From positions 62,001-126,000 of the forward strand of contig CBFDEM010000019.1 of the NCBI GenBank assembly GCA_965603825.1: DNA of 64,000 nucleotides, read 5' to 3'. The DNA is from Blepharisma stoltei ATCC 30299 (lineage: Eukaryota > Protista > Ciliophora). The notes under the pieces were generated by a model. That model made no database searches. It was given only the letters and a program-made list of their open reading frames with translations, and was not told the origin of the DNA. Positions 24,902 to 36,329 of the stretch are shown in pieces. The position numbers and the translations under genes were made by a program. The first letter of the stretch is position 1, and every line of letters starts with the position of its first letter.

Positions 24902-25534
24902 ATGTACCTATTTTTAAGAATAGGAGATTTTATTCGGCTCTATTCTTTTTATATCTTGATTTATCAAATGAAGAAAAACCAGAGTTGTGTAGGCGTCTCA
25001 TTGAAAACTCAGTACCTTTATTTAATGTCTTTTTTGCTACGATATACAAGTTTATTTTTATTGCAAGATTTGAGAATTTTTCATTCAATCATGAAAATTT
25101 TATTTCTTTTCCTCACAATTTATATAATCTACTTGATAAAATACTCAGAGAAAATAAGCAAAAGTTATGATAAATCAGATGATATCGGGAATATTTATAT
25201 TTACTTGGTTTCAAGCATATTTATTTCATATTGTTTTTACACAGAAGACGTGTTATGATTAGCTTCTTTTATTTTAGAGTCAATATCATTTACCCCGCAA
25301 TTAATCATGATTATAAGACTTAAAGAAGTTGAAGTGACGTCAAACTATGCATTTTATTTAGGATTTTACCGCTTAAGTTACCTTATCCATTGGATTCTTA
25401 AATGCTTTTCAGATTTTTATTTTTTATCTCTTCCTTATTTAGCATTAATTCAGATCATCATTTATCTAATTTTTGCTTATAATTGCTACAAAACCAAGCA
25501 CCATAAAAGCTACTATGTAACTTTGCCGTATTAA
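24902..25534 (+). CDS. ERD2: divergent ER lumen protein-retaining receptor (ERD2/KDELR-like)
   Basis: RIGD, SCVGVSLKTQYLY..FLLRY, VL-W(TGA 25256)-LASFILESISFTPQL, LGFYRLSYLIHW. Confidence 0.8.
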
Positions 25535-25733
25535 ATAGCCAGATTTTAAATCCACAAAAATCAGTTTCATAAATAAATAAATCTAACTATATAAAAGTTT
25601 ACGTCAGAAAAAAAATTAATTTAAATTAAAGTAGGACCTTTAAATAAAGTCTTTACATAATTCTTTTTTAATTTCTCAATAATCCCCTCCATTTCATACA
25701 AAGCAATCTAAATCAGTATTTATAATCATTATC

Positions 25734-26219
25734 ATGGCTGAAGTCAAACTTAAGCTCCAATCTCAAGAAGGCCAAACCTTCGAAGTCGAAGAAAGTGTTG
25801 CCTGCAAGTCTCAGCTCATCAAAAACATGGTCGAGGATTCTGGCACTGACGAAGAAATCCCACTTCCAAACGTAAAAGCTGCAATCCTTGAAAAAGTGAT
25901 CGAATATGCCAGACACTATAAGGATTCTGTTCCCCCAGAAATCGAAAAACCTCTCAAATCTGCTGTCATGCAAGAAGTGGTGCCAGCTTGGGACGCTGCC
26001 TTTGTTGAGCTTGAGCATGAGATTCTTTTTGAACTTATTTTAGCCGCAAATTATTTGGACATAAAATCTTTGTTAGACTTGTGCTGTGCTAAAATTGCTT
26101 CCATGCTGAAAGGAAAAACACCAGAAGAAATAAGAAGAACGTTTAATATTGAAAACGACTTCACCCCTGAAGAGGAAGCACAAGTGAGAGAAGAAAATAA
26201 ATGGGCTGAGATGGAATAA
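25734..26219 (+). CDS. SKP1: Skp1, most canonical copy
   Basis: EIPLPNV..AILEKVIEY, LFELILAANYLDIKSLLDLCC, GKTPEEIRRTFNIENDFTPEEEAQVREENKW. Confidence 0.97.
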   Translation: MAEVKLKLQSQEGQTFEVEESVACKSQLIKNMVEDSGTDEEIPLPNVKAAILEKVIEYARHYKDSVPPEIEKPLKSAVMQEVVPAWDAAFVELEHEILFELILAANYLDIKSLLDLCCAKIASMLKGKTPEEIRRTFNIENDFTPEEEAQVREENKWAEME

Positions 26220-26365
26220 GTCGAATAAAAATAATATCAGGAGACACTGTTTCCAATATTACTTAAATATTTTAAAAAATTAATAGGAATATAAGCTTGT
26301 ATTTTGTATGATCTTTTGATATACTAAAATTTCTGTTTAATAACTTTTTAGCTAAAAATCATTAA

Positions 26366-26863
26366 ATGGCTGATACCAAACTTAAGTTGAAGAGCAGAGA
26401 GGACCAAATTTTTGAAGTGGAAGTAGGAATAGCTCTCCAATCTCAACTCATCAAAAGCGTCGTTGAAGACTCTGGGACTGAAGAAGAAATCCCTCTCCCT
26501 AACGTAAGAGGACCAATCTTAGAAAAAGTCATTGAATATCTTCGTCACTATAAAGATTCTCAACCCCTGGATATTGAAAGGCCACTAAAAGCTGACGCTT
26601 TCGAGGAGTCAGTACCGGCTTGGGATTCTGAATTTATAAAACTCCGACCTGATGTTGTTTTAGAGCTTCTCTCAGCCTCCAACTATTTAGATATTAAGCC
26701 ATTAATCGATCTATGTGCAGCAAAAATAGCTTCTATGCTTGATGGAAAGAGCCCAGAAGAAATCAGAAATTATTTTGGCCTTGAAAACGATTTAACACCA
26801 GAGGAACAAGAAAAATTCCAACAAGAAGTTAAGTGCTTGGAGATTGAAGACCCAGTCGTTTAG
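26366..26863 (+). CDS. SKP1: Skp1-like paralog with divergent C-terminus
   Basis: Tandem paralog; ENDLTPEEQEKFQQEVKCLEIEDPVV lacks the terminal Trp; stop TAG. Confidence 0.92.
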   Translation: MADTKLKLKSREDQIFEVEVGIALQSQLIKSVVEDSGTEEEIPLPNVRGPILEKVIEYLRHYKDSQPLDIERPLKADAFEESVPAWDSEFIKLRPDVVLELLSASNYLDIKPLIDLCAAKIASMLDGKSPEEIRNYFGLENDLTPEEQEKFQQEVKCLEIEDPVV

Positions 26864-27413
26864 ATTAAATAATAAAATTTATAAAAATTGTAGAACTTGA
26901 TAGGCAATAACACCTTGAAAATATATGTATAAATTCTGAAGGTAAGTTAAAGCATGATAAAATTGGTTTATTGTATTTATTGTAAGCAGAAATTAAAAGA
27001 ACTTTGCTAATAACTGTTTTGGCTCAAAGATTTAATGGAGAAATTTTGGAATTAGCAGTTAAGGAAGATGATAAAAATTGTGTCAAAAATTAATTATCTG
27101 ATTTATTCTCGCTTATCCTTGACAGATCAGCTCGGTTAAGGATAGAAGGAGTTTGAAATAAGATATTGGCACATTTGTGATAAAAAATAACCATGTCTCT
27201 ATAAGATAGGCTTTCAAGGTAATTTTATAAGATTTAAAAATCTAAAATTCTTTAGCTTTTAAAAATACGTGCTTTTAGCTTTTACTGCTGTTTTAATAAT
27301 TATTTTAATAAAATACTCTATATGTCATTTTCAATATTGTTTTATTATGTTTTCAATTTTACTTCAAATTACTTTTTAGTGCATTTTTGCAATTCTTATT
27401 ACTTTAATCAGTT

Positions 27414-28493
27414 ATGATGGATCCAGTTCTCATCTCAGTCAGAAGCCAGCAAAACCCTTCATCAGTATCTAAGCGAAGCTTATTATCATCTTCTATAGAC
27501 TCTGCTCAAGAAGAAGCATATAAATCAACATTGAAAAATTTAGAAGAAAAGATCCGATCTGCAGTCCACAATGAAAAAGAACTGCAAATTCTATCAGCGA
27601 AAGAAAAAGAAAGAGAACTGCAGCTGAAATCTGAATTAAAACTTAAAAATAAGTCAAATGCTTTAGAATTGGAACGACAAATCAATGAAAAGAAAAACCG
27701 TCTGCTTAAAGAAAAGGAGGAATTTAAAGTTCCTGGGATCTCAGAGGATTTTCATGGGTACCCAAACATTCCAGAAACTCCTAAGCAATTAAGAAGGGAA
27801 AGAGAACTCGCCATAAAGCGAGGAGTTAAAAAAGATCTTACATTACAAATTCAAAGCAAAACCAAAGAACTTGAACAACAAAAAGCTAGAGAAAAAGAGC
27901 TTGATTTAGACTTTTTGTCAAGAGCAAAACAGTCATTGGATATTGAAAAAGAACTAAAAAAGGATAAAAAATTAAGAGAAAAAGAATTATTAACTTCCTA
28001 TTGGAATCAAGAAATTAAAGCAAAAGAGCTCAAGAAAAACTTCGAAAGAGCTGCCAGAGGCCAAAAAATTAAAAATAACGACATAATTATTGAAGATAAA
28101 GAAAACGAAGAAATTGAAATTGACTATAAAAGCAACGATATAGAAGAACCACCAAAGGTGGAAAGCCCTATAATTCCAAAGCAAAAAGAGGAGGAAAAAA
28201 TCGAAGTTGACGATATTTATAGATCGCTCTATATCAAAAAGCTCGAAAATTTGTTAGAAAAGAAATCAAGTGATACCAAATCAATTGTCTCCACTTACTC
28301 AAAATTTGATAAAAGGCAGAAATTGCTTAATAAAGCAATGCAAATTAAAGCAAAAATTGACCAGCAAACTCAAAGGAATTATCAGGAAAAAATTAAAAAT
28401 ATGATTAACCAAGCGAAAAGGCATCGAAACAGATTCAGCAATTCTGTGTCTCCTGGATTTTCACCTATACCTAGATATTCATCATTAGGGTAA
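27414..28493 (+). CDS. charged coiled-coil hypothetical protein
   Basis: 359-aa K/E-rich ORF with ATG and TAA. Confidence 0.75.
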   Translation: MMDPVLISVRSQQNPSSVSKRSLLSSSIDSAQEEAYKSTLKNLEEKIRSAVHNEKELQILSAKEKERELQLKSELKLKNKSNALELERQINEKKNRLLKEKEEFKVPGISEDFHGYPNIPETPKQLRRERELAIKRGVKKDLTLQIQSKTKELEQQKAREKELDLDFLSRAKQSLDIEKELKKDKKLREKELLTSYWNQEIKAKELKKNFERAARGQKIKNNDIIIEDKENEEIEIDYKSNDIEEPPKVESPIIPKQKEEEKIEVDDIYRSLYIKKLENLLEKKSSDTKSIVSTYSKFDKRQKLLNKAMQIKAKIDQQTQRNYQEKIKNMINQAKRHRNRFSNSVSPGFSPIPRYSSLG

Positions 28494-28523
28494 AATTAAA
28501 TAATCAACAATTAAAAACTAATA

Positions 28524-29939
28524 ATGGCACTATCAGCTAGAGCAATTGAAGATTTTAAACAAACACTTATGAGTGAGCCTAGAAGTCGAGCGCAAATGAA
28601 TAAGCTGCGATTTTACGTAAAATCTATAGATATTTTAAAACCCCTACCACTAATTCAAAAAATTCAAGTAATTTTTACTCAGATGTGCAAATGTATGGAA
28701 TTATTTGAACACAAAAAAGGAAGCCAAATTATCTCTATTAAAGACAAAGTTTGAGATTTTTTTATGGTTTTGACTGGAAAAGTTGCCATAAGCAGCCCAG
28801 GACTATCACAATTAATAATCGAACCTATGAATATTTTTGGAAAAACAAACCCATTAGCTGAAGAAATCCATGGGAGAATCAATGCAGTTGCAGAAGAAAA
28901 TTCTTTTATTATAAAAATCCCAATTGAAAAATACATGAAAATTATGAGCGAATTTATTAGCTTTTTAGAAAAAAAGAAGTCTATAGAATTTATTGAAAAA
29001 TCAATACCAGGAGGGAAATTAATCAGTGAATCAGGCAAACAGAGAATTTTGAACCTTTTTACTGATGCAGAGTTTAAAAGTGGAGAAATTATTTTAAAAG
29101 AAGGCGAAATTCCAGGGTATTGCTTTATTATAAGAGAAGGAGAATGCAAACAAGTAAATTTAAGCGGGTCTAAAAAGCATCCATGAGGTTTTATGTCACG
29201 AACTATGAGCTGTTTTAATTATGATTTAGCTGTAGCTGGGGAATGAGTTGGAGAATCTTCTTTACTTTTCAATAAGCCTTTAGAGTTTTCTGTAATTGCT
29301 TCAACTTATGTAAAAGCGATGAAAATCACGTCACATGCACTGATTCATGGATTTCCAAAAATGACTATAAGTTTATTGAAAGAAAGTGTCGGTAATAAAG
29401 TCGACTGATGGACACATAGGAGAGAATCAATAATGTCAACTGTAAATAATGGACCTCTAAATGAAGGAAAAAAAGATATTGATGAAACTTTTATGAACAC
29501 TGAAAGAGGGTACCCAAAAGCAAGCAAAGCTGCTATTTCAAGCTTGAGAAGGCTTGATTTAGCAAAAACTGATTATAGACCTGAGTTGATGAATTCTAGG
29601 CCGAAAATAAGAAACTTAACACCAGTTTTGTATAGAAAAAATGAAGAAATAAATGAAGGCTGAAGGGTATGGAGTCCACCTAAGGCAAGGTCTTTTAAAT
29701 ATATAGAAAAGCCAAAGCCTGAAAAGAAAGCGAAAACTATATTGTGTTCTGGAGCTGCTGTAAGTAGTAATTTACTCCCGACTTATACACCTCCGAAAAG
29801 TAGGAAAGGCTCGTTAATAGACAAAGAAAGATCAAACTCAATCAGTATTGAGAACCGGACACATAGTCCTTATTTTCCTATCAGAGTTAAAAAAATACCG
29901 TCATTTTTTTTGAAGAAAATTGATATGAAAAATGATTAA
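28524..29939 (+). CDS. protein with two degenerate cyclic-nucleotide-binding domains, 471 aa
   Basis: Four ORFs joined by five TGA codons. FKSGEIILKEGEIPGYCFIIREGEC and GE-W-VGESSLLFNKPLEFSVIA. Confidence 0.8.
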
Positions 29940-30258
29940 TTGGACACACAAGCTATTTTCGTTGAATATTTAATGTAAAATAATACTTAAAATAGCTTCG
30001 AAACAGATTTTTTAAGGAAATAACCATTAATTTTTAGCCATTTCATTTTTCAGATTTTAATATTCTCTACAAAATCTGGATTTAGCTCTTTTTTTAGCTA
30101 AAATCTAATTATTAAAAATAAATATTTCTCAATAGAAAATATTTTTAAAAAATTACCTTCAATTTACTTAAAATGCTGCTTAAACAAAATCACCACAAAA
30201 CCGATTTATCCCAACCGAACCATCTTTATATTGTTCATAAAAATTACCAAATTATATA

Positions 30259-30909
30259 ATGACATCTGATCTAAACTCCATAAACATTCAAGCTTGCGTT
30301 ATCTCAAGCACAGAAGAATTGGATTGCTATAACTGGAAGCCTTTTATAGTATCTCCCCTCATAACCCTTATGGAGCTCAAATCTTTTTTACTCAATAGCC
30401 TAAGCATTTCTGAGGATTGTGACCTAAAAGTCCTTACAGAAATTCAGCAGGGCTCTTATTGCTTTCATTCCTTATCTGATAATCAATACCTTACATTAGA
30501 AAAAGCTGGCATCCAGAATAACACAAAACTGTGCCTAGAAATTAAAAAATGTGAAAATTATGCTGCGTTACGCATGAATGAGTTTTATAATGAAGCTCCT
30601 ATCGAAACTTTTATTGATATTTTAAACCAAAGTCAATCAGATTCCACAGAAATTGTATCAAGCTCGACTGAGGCGTATCCGGACCAAGAAGATTTTTATA
30701 TAACAAGATCGATGTATGAGCAGCAAAACTTTATAAATTCACAAGAGGAATGCTTGCGTAGACCAGACCTCAGCATTGTGATAGAACAAATCAATAATGC
30801 GTTGAAAGACAAAAATAAAATAAAATTGCAAATAAAGCCCTTATCAAGCTTAAAGAAAAGCATAAACCGAATTAGTGAAGAATTAAATGAGTTAAAAAAA
30901 GTGTGATAA
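30259..30909 (+). CDS. hypothetical protein with ubiquitin-like N-terminal region
   Basis: TLMELK...TLEKAGIQNNTKLCLE resembles a Ubl fold; ends GTG TGA TAA. Confidence 0.65.
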
Positions 30910-30917
30910 TAATTAAA

Positions 30918-32267
30918 TTACTGGTCTGAAAGCTTTCTGAACGATTTTATAGCTTTTTGTTGGAATTCTTTTGTGGACATTGGAAGATTCGGGATGTCGT
31001 CTTCTATTAGTTTTTCGATATCAATTTCATTGACATTAAGAGTCTGCTTAGAATTCGTAGATTCAGGCTGCTTTTCTATTGTAATGTTTCTCCAGTACAT
31101 CATAGAGTTAACTGACTCTTCTAGAGCAAACATAACTTTAGTGACAGTGTCTTCATCTAAATCTGGAAGATCTATTTCATGATTAATACCTAAATTTACC
31201 AGCGCATCAGTCATCATTTTAAACCCATCTGGCAAAAAAGTAATTTTTTCTCTTAATCCTTTTAGCTTGCCTGTGGCGATTTCTTTTTCTTTTCTCATCT
31301 TTTTCAAAGCTTCTTTGTGTCTTTCAATAATTTCAACTTTGGTTTCTTCACCGCTGCTTCTAGTAATTTCGTTGACTTTTTCTTTATTTTTAGTTACCTC
31401 TTCATTTATTTGGAAAATTTCTTCAGAAATTGTATATAGATAATGACTTAATTTTGAGTCCTCATTTACACTGCTTGTAAATAGCTCTACCAAATCTTTT
31501 AGACTAGTAAGCTTGCTTTGCCTCTTCATTTCTTCTAATGCAGAAGTTAATTCATGTATATGCGACCTTATTCTTTCTCTTTCAGCAGTCGTTTTCTCAC
31601 ATTTTGATGCCCATTTTTGGGACTGGGTTTTATAAATTGCATGCATTTCTGAAGCATCTGCTATAGGCTGCGCAAACTTCACAGTAAAGCCTTGCCTGAA
31701 TTTTGTCCCTTCAAATCTGTCTTCTATTAAATTAGTCTTCAGTAAGCTTACACTTTGGGCTAAAATGTCTCGATTGCTTTCAAATCTGCTGTGAGTGCTC
31801 ATAATATTCTCATTATATTTTTCAACTGTTTTTTGGAGCTCAGCTGATTCTTTGTTAGTCTCTATAATTTGTGATCTAGCCCTTTCCAATTCTCTTTTTG
31901 CGCTTATATTTCCAGTCGCGAAGCTATAAGAAGCTCTTCTCATGTTATTAATTTCTATCACAAGCTTTTTAGCTTGTCCTCTAACTTCTCCAAGCTGCTT
32001 ATTCGCTGCGTCTAATCTGACCTCTAACGCTTTTACCTTTTCTTGTGCTCTGGAACTGTTGGACTTCGGATTTCTGCTTTTTTTAACATTTGCTATATTT
32101 TGCTTGATTTCTTTTAAATCTTTGTCAAGCAACAATGATAATCTTCGCTCATGCTCCAGGTACCGGGTAAAATTATTGATCTCATTTTCTAGTCTTACTG
32201 TTTCTCTTCCAAAGGTAAAAATACCTGATTTCTTTGAAACGTTTGACGGGGAGGTTCGTGCAGACAT
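30918..32267 (-). CDS. coiled-coil protein resembling outer dynein arm docking complex subunit (CCDC114/ODAD1-like)
   Basis: Long coiled coil with SLKDLVELFTSSVNEDSKLSHYLYTISEEI, similar to the conserved ODA-DC segment. Confidence 0.55.
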   Translation of the reverse strand: MSARTSPSNVSKKSGIFTFGRETVRLENEINNFTRYLEHERRLSLLLDKDLKEIKQNIANVKKSRNPKSNSSRAQEKVKALEVRLDAANKQLGEVRGQAKKLVIEINNMRRASYSFATGNISAKRELERARSQIIETNKESAELQKTVEKYNENIMSTHSRFESNRDILAQSVSLLKTNLIEDRFEGTKFRQGFTVKFAQPIADASEMHAIYKTQSQKWASKCEKTTAERERIRSHIHELTSALEEMKRQSKLTSLKDLVELFTSSVNEDSKLSHYLYTISEEIFQINEEVTKNKEKVNEITRSSGEETKVEIIERHKEALKKMRKEKEIATGKLKGLREKITFLPDGFKMMTDALVNLGINHEIDLPDLDEDTVTKVMFALEESVNSMMYWRNITIEKQPESTNSKQTLNVNEIDIEKLIEDDIPNLPMSTKEFQQKAIKSFRKLSDQ

Positions 32268-32303
32268 AGATCGGTTTTATTATGAAAATGGCTTTATTAG
32301 TTT

Positions 32304-35300
32304 TTATGAAATATAAGGGATTAAGAAATCTTTTGTCTTCAGTTTATGAGATTCTTCTAAATTTACGTGCACGCTAAAGCTTTCAATAGTCTTGAACTGG
32401 ATCATGCATATGCTGCAGTAAGAAGAAATTTCCATATATTTAGCCTTACTTGCATATTCCTCAGCCAGAATATATAGTTTTTCCATATCATTATTTCATA
32501 GTTCAGGATTTCAATCAACTCTATATAAAGTTGGAAAAAGAACAGCGACTGGAGATTTCTCAGAAAAAATATAATGATCTCTTTCAACCCAGCCTATTGT
32601 ATGTCCACGTGCGCAGACAACCCACCTTTCTGGGTCATATTTTTGGGAAATTTCGTTGACTAAATCATCATCATTTACAGTATCAACTTCATTTAGCCCA
32701 GAGTATCCAGTAACCATGAATAAATTTTCTTTGTTAAATTGTTTTACACACTGATATGAACAAATTGTACTGCTACATACAGCACATACAAATTCAGCTT
32801 GCCTCAATGCTGCGATTTTCCCATTTTTCTCGATATCAGCGATTAGCAGTTCTTTTTTATAATGAATTTCTGATAAATCATTTGAAAATAGCTCCTCACT
32901 ATTTGGCTGCCAATGTCTAGGGTCTTCATCAATAGGAAGAGGCTTAATTGCTGGCAAATACCCATTATAAGAGTTATCAATTTCAAAATCCTCAAATTTG
33001 TGAGGATTTTCAATAGTTTTATTCCAATTTATCAGTTTTTTCCAATTAGGAAGTTCCCTTTCTATTCTAATTCTGTCTGCTTTTAACAGCTTTTTAATAT
33101 TATTTCTGATATTATTTGACAACTCACTGTGCTTTATATATTTATCATCAAAAATCAAAATACTGATTTCTTTTCTGATTTCATTGATAATTTCTACATC
33201 ATATCCAGTGAATTCAAAATCAAACAATATTTTATTGACGCTGTTATGGACTCGAAAAGAGTCATATCGTGTATTTTTATCATCTGCAAAAAATTCAGCA
33301 TTTGGAGAAAATATCAAGGTCAAAATTTGAGGCAGGTTTGGGTATTCTGGCATTATTGTCGAATTTCTTGCAATAGTAAAATTTCTTTTCTCCACGTATT
33401 CACAGCAAACTGCCATTTTTCTATCTGCTCGTTTTTCATCTCTGCATATGCAGACAGCATTTATTGAGTCTTCTTCTATTTTTATGGAATATCTTGTCAT
33501 CACATCAAAAAATCTCAACTTATAAGGATATTCTGGCCTCTCTAAAAATGCGATTTCTGTAGCTTTTACACAATCTCTGTACTGGTTTTCATTGATTTTT
33601 ATGATGTTTTCTCTTTTATATGAAGCTGCGAAGTTTCTTTTGCTGATCCTTAAGGCTTCTTGCATTTTAGAATCTGCGTATCGGGATGGATATGCTTCCC
33701 AAAGCTCTCCAGTTTCAGGGTTTCTGACAGTATCCATAGAAACAAGCCAAGCTAAATTATTGTATCTTTGGTAATAGCTACCGAGCCATAATACATATTT
33801 CAGGGTACGATCTCTTACGTTTTTTTTATATGTAATTACAGCGCTGGAATGGCTCATAAAAATTCTTTCAGGGCTCTCACTATTTCCTTTTATTAAATTT
33901 TCTATTTCAACTTGGGTTATGAAGTCTGGAATGTCAGGAATCATAATAGAGGTTTCACAATTTTTCCCGATCTTTTGGCACAGTTTTTCTCTTGTGAAGG
34001 CTTCATCAATTTCATATTTAGAAAGCAAATATTTTCCACTATATGCGGCAGCTATACAGAGCTTTATACGGAAAACTTCTTCACTTGCGGGGCTTCTTTT
34101 TTCAACACAATCTTGGTCATATTGAAAATGCCGCTTATCTATTTTTCGTTCTTCAAATCTTTTTTCGAGCTCTTTATAATTATTTAAATTTTCACGGAGA
34201 GCATTTGGGTCCAAGCAATTATTTCTGCAAAATTCTTTTTCTTCAAGAGTCACTGGGGGTTTTCTTAAATTTCGACCGTTTCTAAACATAATTTTTTCGA
34301 CTTCGTAGCCAAACTCTCTGTACCATATATCGTAAGCATTTAAGTAGCTGATTAAATCACTGTTACAGCCATTGTCAAAATTATATCTTGCTTGGTAGGT
34401 TTCTGGGTGTTTTTTTGAAAATTTAGAAGGTAAGTTAGCGAGATGCTGCAATGGTGGCCTTTCTAATGATAAAATGGCACCGATTACCATGGAGTCTCGA
34501 AAGCAGCCAAAAATCAGCCCAAACATGCATAAGCGTGTAACTCTTATATCATAGGGCATATCTGCATATAATTTTCCTAATGGGGTGATATTTTTTTTGG
34601 AATCTAGCCCTCCCATTTCTTGCAAATATTTTTCAGTTTTGGCAATTTCTGCTTCATCAGGAGGCTGTAGGGCTTTCCCAAGGACATCTCTTGGATTACC
34701 GAAATTTAATTGTTTTAATTTTAAAACTAGCTTGTCAAGTGAGCATCTTTGGATTTCAGGTTTTGCGTAGTCATAAAGTTTAAAATTGAAAAATCCTTCA
34801 GGCATTAGTCGAAAAACAACACCATCAGCAACTCTGCCAACTCTTCCAGCTCTTTGTTTCATAACAGATTTTGCTGCCCAGACAAGCTCTAAGTTATCAG
34901 CCATTGTATTTGAATTGAATGCATTTTGCCTTAAAAATCCAAAATCAATTATAAATCTTACGTCAATAAGTGTCACTGAGCTTTCGGCGATGTTTGTTGA
35001 TAAAATTATTCTTCTTTTATCAGGAGAAGGAAGCTCTAGCACTTTTTCATGTTGTTCTTCAGGAATTGAACTATGAAGTATGCAGATATCTAGCTCGTAG
35101 AAAATATCCTCGCAAATGTCTTCTAGCTTATCATACATATAATTAATTTCTTGAATTCCTGGAAGAAAAACCAAAAATGTGCTAAGTCTTTCTTCTGGTT
35201 TAAATTTTATTAAATGCTGATATTTTATTGTATATGCTGCAATATCAAAAATAATATTATCAACTTCTTCAACCTTTGTATCTGAGTCTTCAATGAATAA

Positions 35301-36329
35301 AGTATTTATGTAATTTCTATCATATTTTCCTTCAGCTCTAAAGTTATTTCTATCAATTGCATCTATAAGCTCATCTATATAAATTAGATCTACTTTAAAT
35401 AGACGAGAATCAGTTGATAAGGAATCAATTTTGTCAGCGCGGTCTTTTTCAAATCTGTTTTCTATACGAGCGATGTTTGATTTATAGCTACTTGCAGGTG
35501 TTGGATTATTAACCCAACTATTATTTCATACGTCCTCAGGGCTTGTTCAGCTGTTTTCATTCTGATTTGATAATTTCTCAATTTTCTCTTCTTCTCATTC
35601 TTCACTATCAGTAGAAAAATCTGTATTTTCTAGCTTGCTAAGCTCAGTTGGTGCAAAATAATTTCCAATAATTTTCTCCATAGTAGCCGACATCAAAATC
35701 AGCTTAAAATTTGATTTTTTTGCTAACAAATATTTGAAAATAACCAGCAAAAAATCTGTTTCTATAGACCTTTCATGCACTTCATCCATAACTACAAAGT
35801 TTCATGGTATTTTGTGCTCTTTAATAGTTTCACATCCACAAAGCTCCTGGACGAGCATTCCTGTTGTCATGTATATAATCCTTGAATTCTCATTATATTT
35901 TTTAATTCCTTTAATATGATATCCAACAACTTCACCTATTTCTGTCTCCATTTCTTCAGCAACTCGTGTAGCAATTTGTATCGTAGGAAGCCTCCTTGGC
36001 TGAGAAATTACAATTTTACTATCTGGCCATCTTTCAAGGATATATTTAGGAACTTGTGTAGTTTTTCCACTACCAGTTGCGCCTTCAATTATTCCTACAT
36101 TAAATTGATTGAGCTGCTTCAGGATTTTTTCTTTATGCCTAAATATCGGTAGCTCCTCTGGATCAGGGATTCCTTCGCTTAATTTCTCATAATTCAATTT
36201 TTTTGGGTATCTTGGCTGGTCATTTCACTCTGAGTTTCTTCTCGGAGGTCCACCTCTTCCTCTACTAAAGCCCCCACGAGAGCCTCTTCGCTGATATCTA
36301 TTAGGCTGGTTTCAATGACTTCGATCCAT
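32304..36329 (-). CDS. DEAH/RHA RNA helicase, Spindle-E/TDRD9-like, 1341 aa, with C-terminal Zn modules
   Basis: ATG 36329. ORFs 35802..36197, 35595..35789, 32511..35174 and 32304..32486 share one frame joined by TGAs. GATGSGKTT, DEVHER, MSAT, VFLPG, STNIAESSVT, QRAGRVGR, then HA2 region. Confidence 0.9.

Noticed and set aside
27000-27185. Coding-like stretch (LLITVLAQRFNGEILELAV...) and a 10-bp hairpin at 27114-27144
   Set aside because: Interrupted by TAA, no start or recognisable family; the hairpin is within chance for this composition.
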